From IMG/VR virus record IMGVR_UViG_3300016665_000422, positions 1-25,223 of that record: DNA of 25,223 bases, one strand, 5' to 3'. This stretch comes from a virus (taxonomy: Duplodnaviria > Caudoviricetes). Below, in pieces: positions 1-7,148 of the stretch (its first letter is position 1; the number at the start of each line of letters is the position of its first letter). Position numbers and translations under genes: made by a program. The notes beneath the pieces were generated by a model. The model was not told where the DNA came from and ran no database searches. It was given only the letters and a program-made list of their open reading frames with translations.

Positions 1-81
1 AGGATAACAACATTAACCTACAAACGTGGAAACACAAAAGAACAATACCATATAGTTAATGGTTATAGTCAAGTAAGATAG
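1..81 (+). CDS. 3' end of an upstream ORF (partial, ...RITTLTYKRGNTKEQYHIVNGYSQVR*)
   Basis: Frame 1 is open from the window edge to TAG at 79-81, with genome-typical codons (ATA, GTA, AGA). Confidence 0.5.
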   Translation, partial: RITTLTYKRGNTKEQYHIVNGYSQVR

Positions 82-139
82 TGATGTGCTAACTACACAC
101 TCTATGAATTTGAAACTGCGGTAAACTGAAAGACTACGC

Positions 140-348
140 TGTTATTAGATATAAATAAGAAGGTAATACCTCTGAAGGAATATCCGTATTAGCAGAGTAT
201 TGTAGGTAATAATAACAATAACATTAACCTACACCAATGGGTATAAAGAAGATAGAACAGAAATACTCAAGTATGAAGGGCCTCTGCTATGAGTTATCTC
301 AGCCTAGGGAGTTCTATCTATCCCCAAAGGTGTAGGTTATTCTTTTTT
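140..348 (+). ncRNA. Candidate structured non-coding RNA / cis-regulatory leader ending in a U-tract
   Basis: Long intergenic gap with complementary pairs 140-147/210-217, 165-174/193-201 (one bulge), 225-235/329-339 (11 bp), 250-258/311-319 (9 bp) and 190-197/282-289 (8 bp), followed by TTTTTT at 343-348. Confidence 0.5.
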
Positions 349-371
349 AACTAACTAAAAACAATAATAAT

Positions 372-623
372 ATGGAAGAAATGTATTTGTACTTTGATGG
401 ATTCAAAAATCCTGTAATGACATTCAATGTGTCTATTATTAATGATATATATGAATGGTGTAGAGCATTATGTATGTCTTTTACAATAGATGGATATTCA
501 TTCAGACCTTATAATGATGATATACGTCTGAGAGATACAAGACCATCTTATACTATACCCCATATGGATATATGGGATAAAGAAGTATTCAGAGAGATAA
601 TCAACAACTTTGGACCACGTTAA
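372..623 (+). CDS. Hypothetical phage protein
   Basis: 83 aa ORF with A-rich leader ACTAAAAACAATAATAAT-ATG. Confidence 0.75.
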   Translation: MEEMYLYFDGFKNPVMTFNVSIINDIYEWCRALCMSFTIDGYSFRPYNDDIRLRDTRPSYTIPHMDIWDKEVFREIINNFGPR

Positions 624-635
624 TAACACATAACT

Positions 636-1034
636 ATGCAACAAGAATCAGCAATACAAGCAATAAAAAACATCATGAAGATGTTGAACATAACTCCTGA
701 ACAACTACAGGATAATACTCAATCTACACCTGAACAAAAGAAAGAACCTATACTGGTTACTGAAGATGGTGTAGTGATATATGATGAAGAAAAGATGCTC
801 TATGGTATACAAAAAGGTATTCTAACTAATCATGCTTACTGGAGAGCAAGAAACTGTACAGAAGAAAATGAAGCACATACATACCTCTGGTTCTCTACAT
901 CTGAAGCAAAAGATGAGTATATAAATAACCATAGAAAGATGTACAGTCTCAACCAGATAAAAGAAGCATATGCAAATCTACCAAGTATAAATGAACTACC
1001 AAGTTGGTGGGAGTTCAAACAATGTCTACAATAA
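636..1034 (+). CDS. Hypothetical phage protein (TEDG...FSTxExxxEYI module)
   Basis: 132 aa; shares a module with the 602 aa ORF. Confidence 0.8.
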   Translation: MQQESAIQAIKNIMKMLNITPEQLQDNTQSTPEQKKEPILVTEDGVVIYDEEKMLYGIQKGILTNHAYWRARNCTEENEAHTYLWFSTSEAKDEYINNHRKMYSLNQIKEAYANLPSINELPSWWEFKQCLQ

Positions 1035-1049
1035 TAAAAACTGACAACT

Positions 1050-1565
1050 ATGCAACAAAAAGAAAAATATCAATTTCCACTCATAGATGTAGTACTATAT
1101 GCTAAAGGTCATTATAAACGTACTGATAGCATATGGTATGATATGGCATTGTGTCTGTGGAAAAATGGAGAAGGTTATGGACCATTCCATAGCTATAGTG
1201 AAGATATTAAACTCACTCCACAAGAAGAATGTTATAGAGAAAGAGCTGGTATATGTGATATCATAAGAAGCAGAGTAAGAAAACTGATAATAAATCAACC
1301 ATTTAGAGAAGAACAGATAGTACACCACATATCTCCTGAAGAAAGCTGGAAGGTAGGTTATTATACTAAATCTTCACAAATTCCCATGTACAATAGAACA
1401 GAAGACATGCCTGAATGGGAATATTGGGAAGCAGTACTAAGAGCTCATCTATCAGAACTATGTCATATGACATGTCATGAACTAGGTTATGATAACTGGG
1501 ATAACTTTGTATGTACTATAACAGAACTACAGAAAGAAACACCTAAAGTAGAATCGGAAAATTAA
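1050..1565 (+). CDS. Hypothetical phage protein
   Basis: 171 aa ORF in tandem gene array. Confidence 0.8.
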   Translation: MQQKEKYQFPLIDVVLYAKGHYKRTDSIWYDMALCLWKNGEGYGPFHSYSEDIKLTPQEECYRERAGICDIIRSRVRKLIINQPFREEQIVHHISPEESWKVGYYTKSSQIPMYNRTEDMPEWEYWEAVLRAHLSELCHMTCHELGYDNWDNFVCTITELQKETPKVESEN

Positions 1566-1595
1566 TAACAATAACAAACTAAAAACATCACAATC

Positions 1596-1754
1596 ATGAT
1601 CAAGTATTGCATCACATTCAGAAACAAGACATACCAGCAATTCATAACAAGTTACGGTAAGCTGAAAAAGAGATATAAGGGCCTTGTAGTATCCTTCAAA
1701 CATAAACTGGAGAATGGACTATATAGTGGTAGTATTATAGTAAACTATCCATAA
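1596..1754 (+). CDS. Small hypothetical protein (52 aa, MIKYCITFRNK...IIVNYP)
   Basis: Hand-translated; below ORF-track cutoff; A-rich leader; fills the gap before the tRNA. Confidence 0.65.
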   Translation: MIKYCITFRNKTYQQFITSYGKLKKRYKGLVVSFKHKLENGLYSGSIIVNYP

Positions 1755-1762
1755 TAGGCTAT

Positions 1763-1834
1763 AGAGAGTTAGTTAAATGGATATAACGGGAATCTTCTAA
1801 ATTCTTATTACAGGTTCGATTCCTGTACTCTCTG
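1763..1834 (+). tRNA. trnR: tRNA-Arg (anticodon TCT)
   Basis: Cloverleaf: acceptor AGAGAGT/ACTCTCT, D stem GTTA/TAAC with TGG loop, anticodon stem GGAAT/ATTCT with loop CT-TCT-AA (1796-1798), T stem ACAGG/CCTGT with TTCGATT loop, discriminator G; CCA not encoded. Confidence 0.93.
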
Positions 1835-1862
1835 CATTATTCATCAATAAAAACAATAGTAT

Positions 1863-2120
1863 ATGCTAGTACATTATTATCCAGATCCAGAAGATATAAA
1901 ACAGAAAAGATATATAAAAACAGAATGTATCTCATCATTCATGTATGTAAACGGAGATATATACAAGAAGATACTAATAGTATGTGGAGGAGTACAACAT
2001 CTAATGTATCTACCTAAATACACAGAGGAGTCAAAAATAACACAAGAACTCATCCAACTACAAAGAAGTAATGATGACTATAGATACGAGTTCTTCACAA
2101 TAGTAAATATAACAGACTAA
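1863..2120 (+). CDS. Hypothetical phage protein
   Basis: 85 aa ORF. Confidence 0.75.
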   Translation: MLVHYYPDPEDIKQKRYIKTECISSFMYVNGDIYKKILIVCGGVQHLMYLPKYTEESKITQELIQLQRSNDDYRYEFFTIVNITD

Positions 2121-2121
2121 T

Positions 2122-2484
2122 ATGGAAAACAGAACAAAAGCAGAAATAGCTGCTGAGAAATGGTATAACCCAAACGAAGTAAAAACTGAAATAGACTATG
2201 CTGGCTATACAGGATATATATCAGGATATGAACAAGCACTACGAGATAACACACTCTGGAAACCTGTAATGCCTAACCATACAGAAGATATAGATAGAGG
2301 TATAATAGGGCTGGTAAAAGGCACTACAGATACTGTAGTAATAGGACTGTTGAAGGATGTGTGGAACAATGGTAAAGTAACACTACACTCTGGATACTAT
2401 CAGAATGTAATAGAGATATCTCATTATATCACAGTAGAAGACCTGTTGAAACTGCAACATGAAAGTAATACACCAAAAGACTAA
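2122..2484 (+). CDS. Hypothetical phage protein
   Basis: 120 aa ORF closely coupled to neighbours. Confidence 0.75.
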   Translation: MENRTKAEIAAEKWYNPNEVKTEIDYAGYTGYISGYEQALRDNTLWKPVMPNHTEDIDRGIIGLVKGTTDTVVIGLLKDVWNNGKVTLHSGYYQNVIEISHYITVEDLLKLQHESNTPKD

Positions 2485-3304
2485 AACACTCATAACAAGA
2501 GATAATGGTAGATCTGCAGATGCTATATCACCTAATCTAGTATATGGCTGCTGTGGAGGGTGCCTTTCCTCCTACTGTTATGTTGCTAGATACAACAATG
2601 ACAAGGTATACATCAATGACAATACTGAGCAGATATTACAGTCAGTAGATAAGTGGATAGAGAAACAGATATGGCCTAAAATACCTAATCAGACAGACCC
2701 TGTATACTATACAGTAGATATAGGCTGCAGTACTGATGTAGCTCTTATGGGTAAGTTCTATGACTGGCAAAAGGTATTCACATTCTTCAATAACCATAGC
2801 AAAGGTAAAAGTACATTCGCTACTAAATATCCTACAAGGTTCAGAGAGTATGATATAGACCCTGCAAAGAATAGAATAAGAGTATCATTGATGCCACAGA
2901 TATACAGTGATATACTGGAACCTAATACAGACCTTATAGTAGATAGAATACATGCTATACACAACCTACAGAGTAGAATGGAGGTACATATCAACTTCAG
3001 TCCTATCATCTATGAAGATGGATGGCTACAGGAATATGATAAACTGTTCCAAATGCTCAAAGTACAAGGTATAGAAGTACCATGTGAATGTATATTCCTA
3101 ACCTATAATACTATACAACATGAAAGGAATAGTGATGAGGTCAATAATCTATGCTGGAAACCTCATATACAGGAACATAAAGACTCTACATATGCATCAG
3201 ATAATATAAGGTATAAGTGGCAACTGAAGAATGATATGGTAAAGCAGTTCAAAGAGCTATATAGTAAGTACTTTAACCTAAATAACATAAGATACATATT
3301 CTGA
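2459..3304 (+). CDS. Spore photoproduct lyase-family radical SAM protein
   Basis: NGRSADAISP..GCCGGCLSSYCYV cluster motif, plus PNQTDP..TVDIG..TD, FATK, RIRVSLMP and VHINFSPII motifs recalled from the SPL-like (TIGR03886-type) family. Confidence 0.8.
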   Translation: MKVIHQKTKTLITRDNGRSADAISPNLVYGCCGGCLSSYCYVARYNNDKVYINDNTEQILQSVDKWIEKQIWPKIPNQTDPVYYTVDIGCSTDVALMGKFYDWQKVFTFFNNHSKGKSTFATKYPTRFREYDIDPAKNRIRVSLMPQIYSDILEPNTDLIVDRIHAIHNLQSRMEVHINFSPIIYEDGWLQEYDKLFQMLKVQGIEVPCECIFLTYNTIQHERNSDEVNNLCWKPHIQEHKDSTYASDNIRYKWQLKNDMVKQFKELYSKYFNLNNIRYIF

Positions 3305-3414
3305 GTAGTGAAATAAACCTATAAACCCTATATCTGTATAAAGGCTAAAACAGAAGGAAAAGTCGGCCTAATAGAACTAAAATGTACAATAATCACTAAA
3401 ACACAATAAAGTAT

Positions 3415-5223
3415 ATGAAAAGAATAAGAGAACCAATCCCAGAGAATCTAAAAGTAAAACTCTCTACTGAGCAAGAATGGAAAGATGTACTACAGATACT
3501 GGAAGATGATGACTATCTGTGGGTAAATGGGTGCAAACCTACAGCATGGCGCAGTAAGAAATATAATATAGTACATCTCAAAAATAAACTAATATATACT
3601 ACTAATGATGAAAAAGATACTATCTCAGCTCAGTCATTCATAGGTACCTATAGTGAGAAGATACTGTATGAAGTAGGTGACGTAGTAGTAGTAGAGAAAA
3701 TAGGAGAAGACTGGGATAATAAAAGTAGTATAGGTAAAACTGCTAAAATCACCGAAATAGGATCTTGCGGTTCAATACTACTGGACAATAATAAATATCG
3801 TATCAACTATAGGTCAGAATGGCTAAGACCTGCTACTGAAGAAGAGATAAAGGTATATCAACAATCTCAGAAACCAGTAGAAGATAAAATAAAGGTAGGA
3901 GACCATATAATAGGTAAAGATGCATATGTACCAGATGTGGTATGTAAAGTATATGAAATAGAAGGAAACTACTATAAATATACATATCCTAGTGGTAGAG
4001 AAGATAAGTGTCAACTAAGATATATCAGAAAAGCTACACAAGAAGAAGTAGATAAGCACTATCCTCCAAAACCAGTAGATAACCGTACTAAATTATCCTT
4101 CAAAACTGAAGATGGATATGATCTGTATGATGGAGATCATGTACATTGGATAATGGATACTAAAGTACCTCCAAAACCATGGGTGTATCAACAACTAAAT
4201 GGTGTAGGTGAGTGGAGTCTTCAGTACATAGAAAGAGATAATAGGATATTCCACTCTAAAGAGAATGCAGAGAAGTATATAGAAGAGCAGAATAGACCAA
4301 AAGAACCAGTATATACTGTAGGTGACTGGGTATGTCTAAAACCTGATATGATGTATGGTGTAATAACCAAAGAACTGAAGTCTAACACACCCTATAAAGT
4401 AGCTAAGGAAAGTATAACAGGTACATGTATAGAGCTGGAAGGGTATAGTGAGACATTATCAAAAGACAGATTCAGACCAGCAACTCCTGAAGAAATAGCT
4501 AAAGCTACTGGTATTAGTACTGTAAAGGAAAGTATATCAGTAGAGAGAAGGTGGAAAGTTGGAGATAAGTTCAAAACAATCAAAACAAGAGGGGATATTC
4601 AAAGTATATATACTATAGAAAACTCTTCTAATGGTGACTATCGTATAACTTGGGATGATGAGCATCGAGATGGATATACTGCAAAAGAAATAGATAACTA
4701 TCTTGCATTAGGTACATGGATACTATGTGAACCTGAACCATGGACATTATCAGTACCAGTAAAAGAAACTCCAGTAGGCAATAATATCTGGAATGATATC
4801 AATGTAACAACAATCACAGATCAACAACCAGTAATAGTAGTAGGAGATACAGTAGAGGTAAAGGTATACTGTAATATTATAGATGGTGAAATAGGAACTG
4901 TAATAACAGTAGATGATAGAGAAACTACTATGCCATATGAGGTAAAAATTCCAAATAAAGGAACATTTTGGTTAACTAAAGAAGAAGTAAAAAAAGTAAC
5001 AACAAATCAAAAATCACAAACAAAAATTAAAGAAAATGACAAAGACAACCAAACCAACAGCAACAACAGCAACCAACAATCAATCAGTAAACAACAAAAC
5101 AATGACCAAAAAAGTATCTCTTACGTTCGAAGAAATCCAACGATCATTGAAGGATCAGGAGACCATTCAGGAAAAGCAATTGCAACAGTGTGTAAAGTCA
5201 AACCTACGATCTCTAAAAAATAA
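3415..5223 (+). CDS. Multi-module protein with repeated SH3/KOW-like (VGD...RPATxEEI) domains
   Basis: 602 aa; repeats YEVGDVV..LRPATEEEI, IKVGDHI..IRKATQEEV, YTVGDWV..FRPATPEEI, WKVGDKF, VVGDTVEV. Confidence 0.8.
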   Translation: MKRIREPIPENLKVKLSTEQEWKDVLQILEDDDYLWVNGCKPTAWRSKKYNIVHLKNKLIYTTNDEKDTISAQSFIGTYSEKILYEVGDVVVVEKIGEDWDNKSSIGKTAKITEIGSCGSILLDNNKYRINYRSEWLRPATEEEIKVYQQSQKPVEDKIKVGDHIIGKDAYVPDVVCKVYEIEGNYYKYTYPSGREDKCQLRYIRKATQEEVDKHYPPKPVDNRTKLSFKTEDGYDLYDGDHVHWIMDTKVPPKPWVYQQLNGVGEWSLQYIERDNRIFHSKENAEKYIEEQNRPKEPVYTVGDWVCLKPDMMYGVITKELKSNTPYKVAKESITGTCIELEGYSETLSKDRFRPATPEEIAKATGISTVKESISVERRWKVGDKFKTIKTRGDIQSIYTIENSSNGDYRITWDDEHRDGYTAKEIDNYLALGTWILCEPEPWTLSVPVKETPVGNNIWNDINVTTITDQQPVIVVGDTVEVKVYCNIIDGEIGTVITVDDRETTMPYEVKIPNKGTFWLTKEEVKKVTTNQKSQTKIKENDKDNQTNSNNSNQQSISKQQNNDQKSISYVRRNPTIIEGSGDHSGKAIATVCKVKPTISKK

Positions 5224-5419
5224 CATAGAGGCTACAGTAGAAGCACTGGAAAATGCAGAAGGTCAGTATGAACAACTGCTCCAAAAAGAGAAAGTGGACT
5301 GGGAAGCAGTAGTAAATAAAGATGCAGAAATCAAAGGTCTGGAAGAAGGACTGAAGAAACTACGCATCCTTAGAGACTCTTTGTTCCCATCATGGAAGAC
5401 TATTCTTATCCAAGATTAA
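5036..5419 (+). CDS. Coiled-coil hypothetical protein overlapping the 3' end of the previous gene (start 5036 or 5102)
   Basis: 127 aa helical heptad-rich sequence with its own A-rich leader. Confidence 0.7.
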   Translation: MTKTTKPTATTATNNQSVNNKTMTKKVSLTFEEIQRSLKDQETIQEKQLQQCVKSNLRSLKNNIEATVEALENAEGQYEQLLQKEKVDWEAVVNKDAEIKGLEEGLKKLRILRDSLFPSWKTILIQD

Positions 5420-5444
5420 TATACGTGTCCTAATCAACAACAAG

Positions 5445-5466
5445 AGCTGATGTGTCTACATTAGCT
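5445..5466 (+). terminator. Intergenic hairpin (possible terminator or RNA signal)
   Basis: AGCTGATGT-GTCT-ACATTAGCT followed by T-rich ATCTTATTGT. Confidence 0.5.
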
Positions 5467-5473
5467 ATCTTAT

Positions 5474-5484
5474 TGTATATTGCA
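5474..5484 (+). promoter_or_regulatory. Putative promoter box TGTATATTGCA
   Basis: Identical 11-mer in the intergenic gap at 13000-13010; resembles the Bacteroidota -7 element with one T fewer. Confidence 0.4.
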
Positions 5485-5562
5485 ATGAAAAAACTACAGC
5501 ACATGAAACAGTACAAAGATCCACAAGAATATGAGGATGAACAGCCTCAAGATATCTGTTAA
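5485..5562 (+). CDS. Possible 25 aa peptide (MKKLQHMKQYKDPQEYEDEQPQDIC)
   Basis: Hand-translated; ATG directly after the putative promoter box. Confidence 0.35.
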   Translation: MKKLQHMKQYKDPQEYEDEQPQDIC

Positions 5563-5584
5563 TCACTAAACACACTAAAAAGAT

Positions 5585-6082
5585 ATGAATAATCAAATAG
5601 ATCCAATAACAGTAATGTTATTCTTTGCATTAATATGTAGTGTATGTTGCACAATGGCAGCATACAACTTTGGTAAAGCCGATGGTAGAAAACAAGCTAC
5701 TGATGACTGGAATGAACTACTAAACAAAGTAGAAAAAAATAATAAAAGTACTGTAGATGGTTACAAAGAACTCATAGATGAACTAATGCTCACTATAGAG
5801 AATAAGAGCAAGATAATAGAAGAGTTCAAGAAACTGCATATAGAAGATGTAAAGGAAACTAAGAAAGAACCTGTACAAAGGCTATGGAAGGTAGGTGATA
5901 AATTCACTGTAAAAGGAGATCCTTATAATCCTATGTATACAGTAGGAGAGATAATTCAAGGAGATGCAGTAAAAATACACTGGACAAACGGATATACAAC
6001 ATTTTCATGTAAAGTAGTAGATAGTATATGGGGAAAAGAATGGATACTAGTACAAGATACTAATCCTAGTGATGGATGTTAA
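5585..6082 (+). CDS. Membrane-anchored protein with coiled coil and C-terminal WKVGDKF module
   Basis: N-terminal hydrophobic helix; C-terminal module similar to one in the 602 aa ORF. Confidence 0.8.
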   Translation: MNNQIDPITVMLFFALICSVCCTMAAYNFGKADGRKQATDDWNELLNKVEKNNKSTVDGYKELIDELMLTIENKSKIIEEFKKLHIEDVKETKKEPVQRLWKVGDKFTVKGDPYNPMYTVGEIIQGDAVKIHWTNGYTTFSCKVVDSIWGKEWILVQDTNPSDGC

Positions 6083-6092
6083 ACTATAGCGT

Positions 6093-6275
6093 ATGACCAG
6101 AATATGCACTACAATAGCAATAATCTGTATAGTGGGTATAATATATTCATGGAACATAGAAGAACCTGTTAAGATACAGGTACAAGAACTCAAGAATGCA
6201 TCTACTGCAGGTGCTATAGTGTTCCTGTTACTAGCCATTATAGGATGGAAGACTAAAGCAGTGAAAGAAGAATAA
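6093..6275 (+). CDS. Small two-TM membrane protein
   Basis: Two hydrophobic segments in 60 aa. Confidence 0.7.
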   Translation: MTRICTTIAIICIVGIIYSWNIEEPVKIQVQELKNASTAGAIVFLLLAIIGWKTKAVKEE

Positions 6276-6305
6276 AGAAATTATAGTGTGATGTGATGAA
6301 TAAGT

Positions 6306-6335
6306 ACCTCCTGTTGTGTCTACATCTTGGGAGGT
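6306..6335 (+). terminator. Intergenic hairpin (possible terminator or RNA signal)
   Basis: ACCTCC...GGAGGT stem with apical TGT-GTCT-ACA, followed by TATTGTTAT. Confidence 0.5.
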
Positions 6336-6374
6336 TATTGTTATGTCTATTAATGAATCTAAAAACTAAAAAAT

Positions 6375-6833
6375 ATGGAAGATATAAGTATAATAATCAA
6401 ACAAATGAGAGAAGAGAGAATGAAAAACAGCTCTCAGATGAGGTTAGGACAGATAATAAAAGCTATAGAAGATATAATAGCTAAAGATCCTGAAAAAGAA
6501 AGAAGTGTAGAATATTCCTTTGGTAGTGCTATACCTACTACATTAGACTCATGGAGAGGCAGCTATGCTGAACTAGCTCTGGGATATACTCTAACTGGAT
6601 ATGATGCTGATGATAGTAATCATCATGGTAAAATATCAGCAGAAGAACTACTCAAAGAGCTAAAAGAAGCTATAGGTAAAGAGTATACAGGATGGAAAGG
6701 TGGTGAATATACAATGAATGAAAATACTCCTGTATGGGTAGCTAATCCCGGAAACTCTGGTAATACAGTTATAGTAGATGTACTGGATGAAGGATGGGGA
6801 ATAATACTGATAACTGGATATTGTAAATACTAA
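6375..6833 (+). CDS. Conserved phage hypothetical protein (SWRGSYxELA...GWKGGEY...TPVWVA)
   Basis: 152 aa; motif pattern I recall from many phage genomes, function unknown. Confidence 0.8.
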   Translation: MEDISIIIKQMREERMKNSSQMRLGQIIKAIEDIIAKDPEKERSVEYSFGSAIPTTLDSWRGSYAELALGYTLTGYDADDSNHHGKISAEELLKELKEAIGKEYTGWKGGEYTMNENTPVWVANPGNSGNTVIVDVLDEGWGIILITGYCKY

Positions 6834-6846
6834 AAACTAAATAACA

Positions 6847-7059
6847 ATGAAAAGTAGAAAATATTCAGCAGTAGTATCATCAATACTAGCATCTATAGCA
6901 GCACTTGTAGGAGCAATCCTGTGCCCTAATGAATACAGATGGGTAGCAGCATTCATACTATGTATAATCGCTATGCTAGATGGTATCAGAACAAAACTAA
7001 ATGACCTGATAGAAGAAATACAAAACCTACAAAAATATACTGAGGAAGAGAACAGCTAA
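6847..7059 (+). CDS. Small two-TM membrane protein
   Basis: Two hydrophobic helices then a charged tail. Confidence 0.7.
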   Translation: MKSRKYSAVVSSILASIAALVGAILCPNEYRWVAAFILCIIAMLDGIRTKLNDLIEEIQNLQKYTEEENS

Positions 7060-7062
7060 TGT

Positions 7063-7128
7063 ATGAAAGAGATAATACAACAGATAGCAATAGAAAATGA
7101 TATTCCTAACTGGCAATATCCTGAATAA
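7063..7128 (+). CDS. Possible 21 aa peptide or gene remnant (MKEIIQQIAIENDIPNWQYPE)
   Basis: Hand-translated; its TAA is the start of the 17-nt repeat. Confidence 0.35.
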   Translation: MKEIIQQIAIENDIPNWQYPE

Positions 7129-7142
7129 TAACAATCAAAAAC
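7126..7142 (+). repeat. 17-nt direct repeat copy 1 (TAATAACAATCAAAAAC)
   Basis: Exact match at 8454-8470. Confidence 0.85.
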
Positions 7143-7148
7143 TACATT

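Noticed and set aside
110-140. AAACTGCGGTAAA / GAAAGACTAC resembling group I intron P and R elements, hammerhead CTGA core or c-di-GMP riboswitch
   Set aside because: Spacing is far too short, with no Q/S elements, no exact CUGAnGA...GAAA core and no interrupted gene
3305-3414. Short open frame (TYKPYICIKAK...TKTQ*) after the SPL-like gene
   Set aside because: No start codon after the preceding in-frame TAA; at most a gene remnant
4995-5110. CAA/AAC-rich low-complexity tract as tandem repeat or replication origin
   Set aside because: No regular repeat unit; explained by an A-rich leader and the dual-coding overlap
6293-6484. 63 aa + strand ORF
   Set aside because: Spans the intergenic hairpin and overlaps the better-supported 6375-6833 gene
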